The notes under the pieces were generated by a model. The model saw nothing but the letters and a program-made list of their open reading frames with translations. It was not told the origin of the DNA and made no database searches. Positions 12,685 through 29,487 of a stretch of 64,000 nt of DNA are shown here, piece by piece. The position numbers were made by a program, and so were the translations under genes. The stretch comes from the human T2T-CHM13v2.0 reference genome, Homo sapiens, in NCBI RefSeq assembly GCF_009914755.1, contig NC_060931.1; one strand, 5' to 3'. The first letter of the stretch is position 1. Every line of letters starts with the position of its first letter.

Positions 12685-13369
12685 CCCCTTTCCCAACTGT
12701 GTCTGCCCACCTGCAATGACACCAAATGGTCTAAGCCCAACAAATGAGGTATCTCTCCATCCAAATGCTTTTATTGGCTGGGGGAACAATAACCACCATA
12801 ACTGGCCAAACTAACCTCTGAGCAAGAGGATGTGATCTTGAAATAAGCCAATGGAAAAATCCCTATTTTGCAGGAGCTGTAAAACCAAGTCATACAAGGT
12901 CTTTGGATGGTTAGTCAAGTCAAGCATTGGTTGTATGTCCTGTAATCAACAGACGTGTAACTTCCCCTTAACTAGGGATAGACACAAAGGTAGACAGAGA
13001 GATAGACATCAACTAAAGGAATCTAGAAGAAGTTAACCCAAGGAGACCCAGGAAGCCAGATAAGGGAAGCCCTGCCTTCACTGCATATGATGTTGTCCCT
13101 GTAGGCCTAGAAGGTGGCCATCATTATTGCTTTCTGTCTCACTTCTTGCAGACTGGGATCCATCTACTCATCCCAGCCTGTGAGGGGGTTATTGGAAAGC
13201 AAATTCCATGTACCTGTGGCTGGGCTCCAGGAACTCCCAACAGGTTAAGGTAATAAAATCGTCTCCAAGGCTTCCTACAGGAATTAAAATCTGTGACTGA
13301 GTGTTGCTGCGTTTAAGGCAGGTTATCCATCACGTCACAGATGACAAAGTTTTCCTCAGTAAAAGTTAG

Positions 13370-13728
<359 letters not shown>

Positions 13729-13923
13729 CTGTCAGCTATTTTAGAAGCTAGTTTTTCCTAGCCAGGGACAGATGCTTATACCCAAGCAGTAAAGCAGGAA
13801 AAACTCTCTATCATCCACACTAAAAAAGAGACAGAGAGAAAATAAGACCAGAATGTTCAAAACAGATTCTCCCCAATCTGTGTTCTTAGATCTGAGAGTG
13901 GTATGCATCCATTCTATGTCCAC

Positions 13924-13926
<3 letters not shown>

Positions 13927-13963
<37 letters not shown>
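13927..13963. repeat. (CA)n microsatellite
   Basis: About 18 perfect CA units. Confidence 0.95.
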
Positions 13964-13965
<2 letters not shown>

Positions 13966-14100
13966 TGATCCTTCAACTCACTATACATCTACCTCCATGC
14001 CTCGTTGCTGCCCAAAGACTCAGGAGGGCAAGAGTCCTCCTTATTGATGAAAGAGGAAAGAGAAAGAAGAATGGCAACTCATGACAACTGAGTGTCCTAA

Positions 14101-14464
<364 letters not shown>

Positions 14465-14769
14465 ACATAAGTTGTATGGATTTTTGTGGATTTTTTTTCT
14501 GGGTCTCTTTGGCTACAGTGAAATTATGTTTCCAAGAATTCCCTTCCCTGCATAGTTCTGGGTTAGCATCGACCTAGGGGACATTCTCCATGAGATTCAG
14601 AAGGTGGACCTAAAGCAGCAGCCATGTTTCTTATTTGCTCAGGTGATTGGCACTGGGTACCAGGCACAGTGTCTGCTCAGGTACACTGTCCCTCATCTCT
14701 GGCACACCTGGCTGGCATGGTGAGGGAACTTGTCAGTCACATGGCTTGTGAATGATGAAACTGGAATCC

Positions 14770-15194
14770 TGATATGGCTTGCATCGTGTCTCCACCAAAT
14801 CACATGTCCAACTGTAATCCCCAATGTTGGATGTGGAACCTGGCGGGAGGTGAAGGAATCATGGAGGTGAATTTCTCATCAATAGTTTAGCACCATATCC
14901 TTGGTACTGTTCTCGTGATAGTGAGTGAGTTGTCATGAGACCTGGTTGTTTAAAAGTGTGTGGCATGTCCCCCTGCCTGTCCCTGCCACTGCTTTCCTGC
15001 TCCTGTCATGGAAGATTCCTCACTCTCCCTTTGCCTTCTGCCATGATTGGAAGCTTCCTGAGGACTCCCCAGACGCAGAAGTTACTATGCTTCCTATGCA
15101 GCCTGCAGAACCATGAGCCAATTAAACTTCTTTGCTTTATAAATTACCCAGTCTCAGATGTTTCTTTATAGCAATGTGAGAATAGACTAATACA
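14770..15194 (+). mobile_element. MSTA solo LTR (MaLR)
   Basis: tgatatgg...gactaataca with 5-bp TSD AATCC (14765-14769/15195-15199). Confidence 0.9.
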
Positions 15195-15394
15195 AATCCC
15201 AACCTTGGGATGCAATTAACCAGGAAGCCTAGTAATCCAACCTCAAATAGGGGCAGGGGTGGAAATGCACCATCCTTAACCTGAAAAGACAACTTTTCCT
15301 CTGTTTTGTGTCTTTTTAAATAAAATACACATTCAGATAACATGTATGAGAACTTTAATTCATCATCAACTGTGTATAAAGAATTGCTTCTCCT

Positions 15395-16272
15395 GGCCAG
15401 GTGCAGTGGCTCATGCCTATAATTCCAGCACTTTGGCAGGCCAAGGCAGGAAGATCACTGCAGGCCAGGAGTTTGAGATCAGCCTTGGCAACATAGAGAG
15501 ACCCCATCTTTAAAAAAAAAATTAGCCAGGTATATTAGTCTGTTCTTGCATTGCTATAAAGAAATACCTGGGACTGAGCAATTTATAAAGAAAAGAGGTT
15601 TAATCGGCTCACAGTTCTGCAGGCTGTGTAGGAAGCATAGTGGCTTCTGGGGAGACCTCAGGAAACTTTCAGTCATGATGGAAGGTGAAGGGGAAGCAGG
15701 CACGTCTTACATGGCTGGAGCAGGAGGAAGAGAAGAGAGAGGGGAGGTGTTACACAGTTTTAGACAACCAGATCTCGTGAGAACTCACTCACTATACAGT
15801 ACCAAGGGGGGATGATGATAAACTATTCATGAGAACTCTGCCCCTAGGATCCAATCACCTCCCACCAGGCCCCGAGTCCAACACAGTCCAACACTGGGGA
15901 TTACAATTTGACATGAGATTTGGGCAGAGATACAGATCCAAACCATATCACCAGCCATGGTGGCTCAGATCTGTATTCTCAGCGACTCCAGAGGCTGAGA
16001 CAGGAGAGCTGCTTGAGCCCAGGAGTTCAAGACCAGTCTGGGTAACACAGCAAATCCCAGTCTCTAAAAAAAAAAAAATTAAAAATTAGTTAGGTGTGGT
16101 GGTGTGCACCTGTAGTCCCAGCTACTCAGGAGGCTGAGGTTGGAGGATCGCTTAAGCCCAGGAGTTAGAGGCTGCCGTAAGCTATGATTGCATCGCTGCA
16201 TACTTCAGCCTCGGCAACAGAGTGAGACTCTGTCTCTCAAAAAAAAAAAAAAAGAAAAGAAAAGAAAAAAAT
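15395..16272 (+). mobile_element. Three-armed AluJ-type element interrupted by an MSTA LTR
   Basis: Left arm 15395-15525, second left-type arm 15951-16080, right arm 16085-16270. One 16-bp TSD aagaattgctkctcct (15379-15394/16273-16288). Confidence 0.8.
15531..15950 (-). mobile_element. MSTA solo LTR inserted in Alu
   Basis: tatattagtctgttcttgcattgctataaag...aaccatatca; TSD ccagg/ccagc. Confidence 0.9.
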
Positions 16273-16909
16273 AAGAATTGCTGCTCCTTCTCCTTCAGCT
16301 GAGTCTTTGGCATTCATTAAAGCATCCAGCCTTGCCAGCACACAGAAAACACAACAGGTCAGCAGAGGTCCCTAGGCAAAAGAGTGAGGCCAAATGCCTG
16401 GGTTCTGCTGGAAGAAGCAAGGGTTAAAAGATTGCCACCTGCTTCTGTTGCTTTACCTCTAGCCCCCGCTGTGGAGTAATAACCCCTGAGAGAGAAGAGG
16501 GAAGGCTGGACAGAGTGCAGAGGGGGAAATGTAGATGAAAAGAAATCAGAAGGCTTTTACTTTCATGTTTCAAGTACCAAATTATGCTTGACATTTGAAT
16601 TTTCCCCAAGGCTCACTTCCATAAAATCATGCCAAATTACCCTGAAAGGGTTAGAGCTTCCCGGAGAGACTTTTGACTGTAATCAAACAGGTTTCCTCCA
16701 TGGTTGCAGACATTCTGAAAGGGTCTGGGGGAGAAGAGGGCAGAAGGGCCGGTGAGGGAAAGCTAGCGAAGGAACGGCAGGCGTGGAAGGTGCGTTTCCG
16801 AGCAGAGACTCATCGTGAACCAGAGCATAGGAACAGCTCTTTCAATTGCAGACATCCCAATGAGCTAGAAGGCTATGGAGAGGCCAGAACATTCTGGCAC
16901 ACAGGGACG

Positions 16910-17130
16910 TGTAATAATACTCATATTGGCTAACATTTATGGAGGTTTATTGCAAGCCGGGCGCTGTGCTGAGAACATTACTCATTTGAACTTCACAACA
17001 GCCATAGAAAAGCAGGTGCTATTACTATTATCCTCGGTTTGCAGATGTGAAAGCTGAGACCGGGAAAGATGAAGTCATTTATCCAGGTCTTTTAAATGCC
17101 AAAGCCCAAGCTAGAATCACTACTGTGCTG
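16910..17130 (-). mobile_element. MIR relic
   Basis: 'ctaacatttat...gcgctgtgctgag...tttgcagatgtgaaagctgagac' core. Confidence 0.7.
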
Positions 17131-17259
17131 CCTGAATGAACAGGTACAATGCCATTGCAATGGGAAGAAGAAAGGTAAGACATGATGCCAAAATATCACT
17201 GGATATTTTATGAATTGTTTGATTGAATCAACCAAATCACCTAGCTCCTTTTTTTTTAA

Positions 17260-17596
<337 letters not shown>

Positions 17597-17605
17597 TTGC
17601 TGGCA

Positions 17606-17988
17606 TTTTTTTTTTTTTTTAATTTCAGCTTCTATTTTGGATTCAGGGGGTACCTGTGCAGGTTTGTTACATGGGTATATTGCATGATGCTGAGATTTGG
17701 GGTATGAATGATCCCATCACCCAGATAATGAGCGTAGTACCAAATAGGTAGTTTTTCAGTCTTTTGCCCTCTTCCTCTCTCCCTCCTCTAGTAGTCCCCA
17801 ATGTCTATTGTTTCCGTTTTTATGTCCATGTGTACCCAGTGTTTAGCTTCCTGCTTATAAGTGAGAACATGCAATATCTGGTTTTCTGTCTTGCACTAAT
17901 TCACCTAGGATAATAGCTTTTAGCTGCATCCATCTTGCTGCGAAAGTCATGATTTCATCCTTTTTTATGGCTGTGTAGTATTCCACGG
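17606..17988 (-). mobile_element. L1PA15/16-like 3' end
   Basis: 'gtgcaggtttgttacatgggtatattgcatgatgctgag' primate L1 3'UTR. Confidence 0.8.
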
Positions 17989-18197
17989 ATGTCATTCAGT
18001 TTCAAGGGCCTCATCTAGACTAGCTTATATTCACTGGCTAATCAGAAAACACTAATTTCATCATGGCATTCACCTTCTGGACATGCCAATATTAATGCTT
18101 GATAGGAGTGGATGCCAAGTTGGAAAAGAATCGCCAAGACAAGTATGAGTTCCCTGTTGCAAGAAACCTTGGCCTTCCCAAAAAGATCCCATCACTT

Positions 18198-20405
<2,208 letters not shown>

Positions 20406-20559
20406 ATTCCATCCTTGTCAATTAAATATTTGAAAAGAAAATTTTTAAAGAGATTCTATCACAACAGGTCGTTGTGAGTCTTGCCTCAGAATCTGAGCCT
20501 GTTTCCTTGCAAACCCCTTGCTGGCTTTGCCCACAGCTGTGATTCACACTCTTGTTCCT

Positions 20560-20960
20560 ACCGTATTTTGTTTCTTTGCTCTCAAAGCGTGAACTTGCCT
20601 CCCTGTCCAGTGACACCACCTTAATTGAGGTCACCATCATTCTCTCACCTGGATTATTTCTAAAACCCTCTAACAGTTTTCCACTCCAACTCTTGACCTC
20701 TCCATGTTTCTGCCAGTGATCTTTCTATAAGCAAAGCTGATGGTGTCATTGCCTGCTTGAAGCCCTGCAGAGCTTCCCATTCTTCCCAAAACTGAGCCCA
20801 GGCTCCTCACCGGCTGCGCAAAGACCTCCTGGCTCTGTTCATTCTGGGTATATGTCTCCCCAAGCCTTGTGCTCCATCCACTGTGAGTCATTATCATTTC
20901 TACAAATGCACTGTAATTTCTTCAGCCACTGGACCTTGTGTATTCTATCCTCATATCTTC
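20560..20960 (-). mobile_element. L2 relic
   Basis: 'caccatcattctctcacctggatt...gccagtgatctttctataagcaaagctgat...cctgcttgaagccct' L2-like; boundaries approximate. Confidence 0.55.
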
Positions 20961-21002
20961 AGCCAGATCAAAGTGCCGTGATGGGAGGAAACGTGTTCTA
21001 AG

Positions 21003-21591
21003 TGTAAAAAGTAAAGTAGAGGTTCCTCTTCAAAGACTTTCCTCCCCATCTAATTAGGAATAAATAGTAACTTCTCTTAGAAAGCAAAATTTATTCAAAG
21101 ACCTGTGCTAACATTATTAAATATCTGCTAGCTGTAATAAAGAAATCAATATACTTTATATTCTTAGCTCCCACAATTTAGCCTAAATATTTACCCTACA
21201 TGCTTAAACTGGTCCAAGTAAGCATTAGGTCATAGCCTGTTCCTCTTCCTTATTTGAAGGTGTTTTTACCTTTCTCAGCATTCTGCAAGTTCCTTCCTCT
21301 TTCCTTTGTTCTCCTCTGCCTTTGCCTCTTTTAAAAAGTTCTAAGTTGCTAGCCAATCAGGACAAATACAGAATGTGAGGTCTCATTCCAGCCAATGGAA
21401 AGCGGACACAGCAGTAAGGTGGACGCATCAAGTTATAAATGACTCTGTCTCCTTTGTTCAGTGTACTCGCGTTGCAAAACTGCTGGCGAGTGTACCTTTT
21501 CTGCAGAAAGTGAAAATGGCCTTGCTGAGGAAATTAAATTTGTGTTCAAGTGCTATTTCTTTATGGTACCAAGGAACAATCATTTCTAACA
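21003..21591 (+). mobile_element. LTR10C solo LTR (HERV-I group)
   Basis: tgtaaaaagtaaagtagaggttcctcttcaaag...catttctaaca; TSD TAAG (20999-21002/21592-21595). Confidence 0.85.
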
Positions 21592-22120
21592 TAAGCAAAC
21601 TCATATTCATTCTCCAGCTCCCAAATCCTCGTGTAGACACAAGGCCAACTTATTTATTTATTGTGTTAAGAGACAGGATCTCACTATATTGTCCAGGCTG
21701 GACTCAAACTCCCAGGCTCAAGTGATCCTCCTCCTGCCTCAGCCTCTCAAGAAGTTGGAGCGACAGGTGCATGATGTCACGCCCTGCTAATCAACTTATT
21801 TATCTGAGCAATAAACTATGTAAAACAACTGCCTCTACCTTATGACTGCATAGGAGTTTCAGATGCATATGACTATCGAAGTCCACACAGCCACAAACAC
21901 ATGGAAACAGCTAGTTATCCAAGGGTAAAGTTCACTACCAGGAAACTGTTCACTAACAACATGGAAACCACAGTTACAGTTGAAAGAAATGCTAATGTTG
22001 AGTCCCAAGTTGAGGCACTCTGGAACAGTTAACTTGGAATATATTTTATTCATTACCGAAGTTTAGCTTCATTTGCCTTTTTTTTTCCTGTTTTTACCTT
22101 TAAACTTAGCTCAACCTCAC

Positions 22121-22805
22121 TGAAACTGCCTTTGCACAAATTGTATCAGTTAGAAAATTAAGGCAATGAAGGAGGTCTGGTCTGGCCAACCCTCACCTTG
22201 CCTTTGGCCTTCAAGCTGCTCTTAATCATTCCTGGATTTAGACCAAGCTAACTTTGGAAGACATTAAGTTTATAGTTTAAATGATAACAGCCCTTGCCCA
22301 AAACTCAACCATCTTCATAAAGCCAGTGAGAGACCACCAGGCTAGGAAGATGAGTGGAGGCTGATTTCTGCTAAGGTGTAGACATAAACGATTGCCAGCC
22401 ATTATTCCAGAGGTCACAAGATATGCAACCTCCCCAATTAGTCCTTCAGATAACGTCACTATTGCAGAACCTAAGATTGGCCTTTTGAGATATCTTCTCA
22501 GATTTTTTTACATTTCTGACTACAGATGGCCCCACCTGGACCCACCAACTCCAACCACTCCCGTGTCCCCTCCCAGAAGTGACTCTGTGTGTAGGAGGAC
22601 CATTTCCTACACCTTTATGATGACACCTCCAACCAATCAACAGCAAGCACACATTGCCTAGTCACCCCCAACCCTTCCCCCAAACTACCTTGGAAAAACC
22701 CTAGCCCCCAAATGCTCAGAAAGATGGATTTGAGTAATAACTCAATTTTTCACATGGAGTAGCCAGCCTTGCATCAATCAAACTCTTTCTTTCCTGCAAT
22801 GCTAT
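22121..22805 (+). mobile_element. LTR8B-like LTR, 3' end missing at the MER41A junction
   Basis: tgaaactgcctttgc start; collinear with the LTR8 and LTR8A copies in the window, but stops after 'ctgcaatgctat'. Confidence 0.75.
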
Positions 22806-23353
22806 TGTCAGAGGAATTTGAACCAGAGCAACTCCATCTTGAATAGAAGCTGGGTAACATGAGGCTGTGACCTACTGGGCTGCATTTCCAGACAGTTAAG
22901 GAATTCTAAGTCACAGATAAGATAGGAGGTCAGCACAAGATACAGGTCATAAAGACCTTGCTGATAAAACAGGTTGCAGTAAAGAAGCCGGCCAAAACCC
23001 ACCAAAACCAAGATGGCCACAAGAGTAACTTCTGGTCGTTTTTGCTGCTACACTCCCATCAGAGCCATGACAGCTTACAAATGCCATGGCAACGTCAGAA
23101 AGTTACCCTATATGGTCTAAAAGGGGGAGGCATGAATAATCCACCCCTTGTTTAGCATATCATCAAGAAATAACCATAAAAATGGGTAACCAGCAGCCCT
23201 CTGGTCTGCTCTGTCTATGGAATAGCCATTCTTTTATTCCTTTACTTTCCTAATAAACTTGCTTTCACTTTACATACTTGCCCTGAATTCTTTCTTGCAT
23301 GAGATCCAAGAACCCTCTCTTGGTGTCTGGATTGGTACCCCTTTGCTGTAACA
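22806..23353 (+). mobile_element. MER41A solo LTR (ERV1)
   Basis: tgtcagagg...ctgtaaca; lacks the 43-bp segment ('aagggggagg|catgaataat' junction 23130/23131). Confidence 0.9.
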
Positions 23354-23889
23354 TTTTGGCTCAGGGACCACGCAGCCTCTTCCTAAACCCCATCTTCAAA
23401 GGCACCAGCTTTAAAAAAAATGAAAGCAAGATGTGTTTTCTTACATCTAATTTCCTAAAACCTAAATGGCAAGTCAGGAAACAGTGAGGATCTTAAGACG
23501 TCCTCGACTGTTGGACCTGGATAGGAGCCCAGAGAGGATTGACGAGGCGGGTGTGAGGCCCTTCCTGGGAAGTGAGAAGCACCCACTCACCAGCTTCTCC
23601 CTGGAGCTCCAGTTTCTCCTCAGGTGGCAGGCAGCTCAGAGCTCACTCTCCATCTGTGTGTGTCCAGAGCTTTCCTGGGTCTCGTCATGGGTCTCTGATT
23701 TTGCCAACTCATAGTGGCACGTAGGCCCAGGACACCAACCCTGGTGAAATGCATTAAGATGTTGACGGGAAGCATGTCTTAGCTTCAATGAAACACACTT
23801 CTTTATGCCCATGCTTGAAATGTTCACACAATTAAAATGCTTATGAAGAGAGATACATGAAGCTTGCATTCAAACATTAGAGATGGCTT

Positions 23890-25027
<1,138 letters not shown>

Positions 25028-25331
25028 TCAACTACAAAGAGTGCAGTTAGACATCGGCCTTCAGCTGCAGCAGTTGAGCTGAGGCCAGTCTTCCCAGACA
25101 GTGCCCAGTCAGTGACTGAGCTTGGAAAGGGCACCAGGGCCTGGCCAGTCCCACTCAACATGGGACACCTCTCTGGGATGTCTCTCTGCACTAGAGGTCC
25201 CCATTCAGCTTGCTTAGATATTCTCATAGTATTACCACTATCTCAGACTCTTGCTACCCCGTCTCCCTTCCTTCTCCTTCTCCTTTCACAGGTACCAGGC
25301 CTGTACAATGATCTCAGGGCATTCCCTGCCC

Positions 25332-26362
25332 TGACAAAGACTCTTTGCTTAGTCAAACCTCAGTTAGGCCTTTGAATCTTCTACTAGGCCTGTCTGTGCA
25401 CTTTCTTATACAATCCAGTTTTAACAAGAACCCTGCTAAGTCAGTTTAGCAAGAACCCCTCTGACATAGTTTGGATATTTGTCCCCTCCAAATCTCATGT
25501 TGAAATGTGATCCCCAACGTTGGAGATGGGGCCTGATGGGAGATGTTTTGGTCATGGCGGTTGGATCCCTGATGAACCTCTTGGTGCTGTCCCAGTAGTA
25601 ATGAGTAAGTTCTCACTCTGCCAGTCCCTGTGAATTCTGATTGTTAAAAATAATCGGGCACCTCCTCCCTTCTCTCTTCCTTTCTCTCTCACCATGTAGT
25701 GCTAGGGTTGGTTCTCCTTCACCTTCTGCCATGAGTGGAAGCTTCCTGTGGCCCTCACCAGAAGCAGATGCTGGCACCATGCTTCTTGTACACCCTGCAA
25801 TAAGCTATGATGATTGCACCACTGCATTCCAGCCTGAGAAACTCCAGCCTGCAGAACTGTGAGCCAAATAAACCTCTTTTCTTTATAAATTACCCAGCCT
25901 CAATATTCCTTTGTAGCAACACAAACAGACTAAGACACCTTCCATCCTTGATATCTGATAATCTTTGATATGTGACCAGGTTTCTCATCCTCCACCATTC
26001 CTCAGGTGTGTCTGATCCTCCTGTCCTGTCTTCAGCAAAAATCCTATTAGATCAGTTTAGCCAAAACTCCCCTTACCCCTGATGTCTTCTCTTAGTGAGT
26101 TTCCATCTACTAACTCACACCTTGTTCCATGGCTATAAATGTCCACCTGCCCCTGCTGGATTTGGAGTTGAGCCCAGTCCCTCTTTTCCACTGCAAGTCC
26201 CTGTTGCAGTGGTCTTCATTGCAGGGGACACCATGGTGCCAATTGTTCAGTGTTGAATGAGAGCCAAGAAACAGGTGGGGGCCCAGCCATATTGCAATGG
26301 TCCTAAATAAAGTCTTTCTTATTGTGCTTTAACAAGTAATATTGAATAATTTTTCTTTAACA
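25332..26362 (+). mobile_element. MER31-like solo LTR (ERV1), interrupted by MSTB
   Basis: tgacaaagactct...tttttctttaaca; TSD gccc/gctc. Confidence 0.75.
25462..25937 (+). mobile_element. MSTB solo LTR
   Basis: tgacatagtttggatatttgtcccc...cagactaagaca; TSD ccctc/ccttc. Carries an Alu-derived patch at 25795-25851. Confidence 0.85.
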
Positions 26363-26439
26363 GCTCATACCATAACGGTCTGAAGACTTCACTGCCTCCT
26401 TCTCCTATTTACCTTTCACATCACAGATAAAGTTCTTGC

Positions 26440-26757
<318 letters not shown>

Positions 26758-27621
26758 CAAAGCTCTTGCATTTCTAACTACATCTTGGCACCTGCTTCCC
26801 AGAGGACCTGAGCTGATACAATATCATTCTACAGATTAGGATACTGAGATCCAGAGAGACTAAAGAACGTGCCATAAGTTGCCATCCAAGATAATAGAGA
26901 ACAGATAGGATTTATGTCTTGAGAGATGAATATCATGGTCTAGTGCACAACAGCTCCTTCCCTGCTAGAGGATGAATTCTTTAAGATTCCAGATAAGGAC
27001 AGTGGATACTGGACCTGGTGTAGTTTGGGCTGAAAAGACATGAAAACCCGAAATATTCAGGCCAACGCCAGAAATCCACAAGCAGGCAGAAGGCCCAGTC
27101 TGTCACCCTGGGATGAGAGAGTCAGCACAGGTATTAGGAGACCATTGGGACTCATCAAGAATTGGGCAAGGAATGGTCTGAAAATCCTCATCTGTAGTGA
27201 CAGTCTACAAATGAGAAGAAGGAAATAACAAAATAAGAAAAAGGGGCTAATTATATGTATGCTTCTAACTGGGAATACTGGCCAGGGTCTTTCTCATCTC
27301 AGGCTGCTTTTGAGAGGCATCCCGCCTGAGCCAGTTCCTGCCCCCTGATAAAACAAAGGCAAACCTGACAGATGGGACCTGAGAAAAGCCAATTTCCCTC
27401 TACCTTAGTCCCTCCCAGTTAGAGCAGCAGTATTCAAAAGCACAATGTGGGTTATCATTGCTGGGCAGACATTTCTTGGACATTTTCCAAGTTGAAGAGA
27501 CTCTCAGAGAAGTGTATCATTTATATGCTCCTGGACCATGCAGAGCAGAAAACAGAGACTGGCTTTATTGTTTAAAGAATCTTCAATGTTTCCCAATGTT
27601 TCAGAGTATGGTGTGCCCTTC

Positions 27622-27981
27622 TGATATGGTTTGGCTGTGTCCCCACCCAAATCTTGCCTTGAATTGTAGCTCCCATAATCCCCACATATTGTGGGAGGGA
27701 CCCAGGGTGAGGTAATTGAGTCATGGGGGCAGTTTCCACCATACAGTTCTTGGTAGTGAATAAGTCTCAAGAGATCTGATGGTTTCATAAGGGGTTTCCC
27801 CTTTTGCTTGGCTCTCATTCTTTCTTGCCTGCCACCATGTAAGATGTGCCTTTCACCTACCACCATGATGGTGAGGCCTCCCCAGCCACGTGGAACTGTG
27901 AGTCCATTAAAACTGTTTTTCTTAATAAATTACGCAGTCTCGGTTATGTCTTTATCAGCAGCATGAAAATGGACTAATATA
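27622..27981 (+). mobile_element. THE1 solo LTR (THE1B/C)
   Basis: tgatatggtttggctgtgtccccacccaaatc...ggactaatata; TSD ccttc/ccttt. Confidence 0.9.
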
Positions 27982-28394
27982 CCTTTCTATCGTCAAATGA
28001 ATCCAAAAGACCTTCTCCCCCAAAATAGTAGCAATTATACTTCTCAATCCATTTTTGGAGGAAGTGAATAACAACTGCTATAAAAAGATACAATCAATGA
28101 GGCAATTCCTTAAAATAAAAATGTATGTTATTAATCTCAACATTTTCAAATATTAGAAAATTATAATACATAGATGTACAATATGGACAAGGCTTTTCTA
28201 AATGTGATCTTTACACACGTGGTGTCAAGTGTGATACTGAGAATCCCCATTTTACAGAAGGGTTCTGATATTCCCCAATTTCAAAGTTCTTTTCACTCTG
28301 CCAGACTGGTACAATGTGATATTTTTAACTCCTTTCTGATCTCATGTGTAGAAAGAAATAGAATTTCTATTGCCTTAAATTATATTTTCTGAAT

Positions 28395-28728
28395 TCCTTT
28401 TTCTTTTCTCTTCTTTCTTTCCTGTTTTTTTTTTTTTTTGACAGGGTTTTACTCTGTCACCTAGGCTGGAGTGCAATGGTGCAATCATAGCTCACTGCAG
28501 CCTCAATCTCCTGGCCTCAAGTTATCAGAGTTCCTACCTTGGCCTCCTGAGTAGCTGGGACTACAGGTGCACACCAGAACACCCAGCCAATTTTTTTTGT
28601 TTGTTTTTTTGTAGAGATGGGATCTTATTATGTTGCCCAGATGGTCTCAAACTCTTGGCCTCAATCATTCCTCCCACTTTGACCTCCCAAACTGCCAGGA
28701 TTGCAGGCGAAAGATACCGTGCCTGACC
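28395..28728 (-). mobile_element. AluJ
   Basis: Diverged Alu dimer. Confidence 0.85.
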
Positions 28729-29120
28729 AACATTGTCTAAATTCGAAATCAGAAAGTGGTCAATTTCCAAAAAGTAAAATATCCCAAAGCCTCCCCATCA
28801 ACCTCTCCTACCACCCAAGCTGTGTTGGCCGCCTGCTGCTGACTGCCTTCTTCCATCTGTGTCTCCATGCAGCTCCGGCTTCTGTGTAAGCCCCAGTGTG
28901 AGCTCCCAAAGGTTAGCAGTGGTGGCCTGTTTCTCTCCATACCTTAAGTATCTAGCACAGAACAAGAACTTAACACAAGCATCCTTACTGTGGAATAAAT
29001 AAGTCTGAGGAATAAAGTCAGGAGAGAATTTCCATGGAAGGGGACAAATATACAAACTTCCAAGAGGACAAATATGTTCCAAGGGGACAAATATGTGGAG
29101 TAAATCTTAGACGTTAATTA

Positions 29121-29487
<367 letters not shown>

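Noticed and set aside
21196-21215. p53-like response element in LTR10C (ctacatgctt aaactggtcc)
   Set aside because: Several mismatches to RRRCWWGYYY x2, including one in the core; too weak to call.
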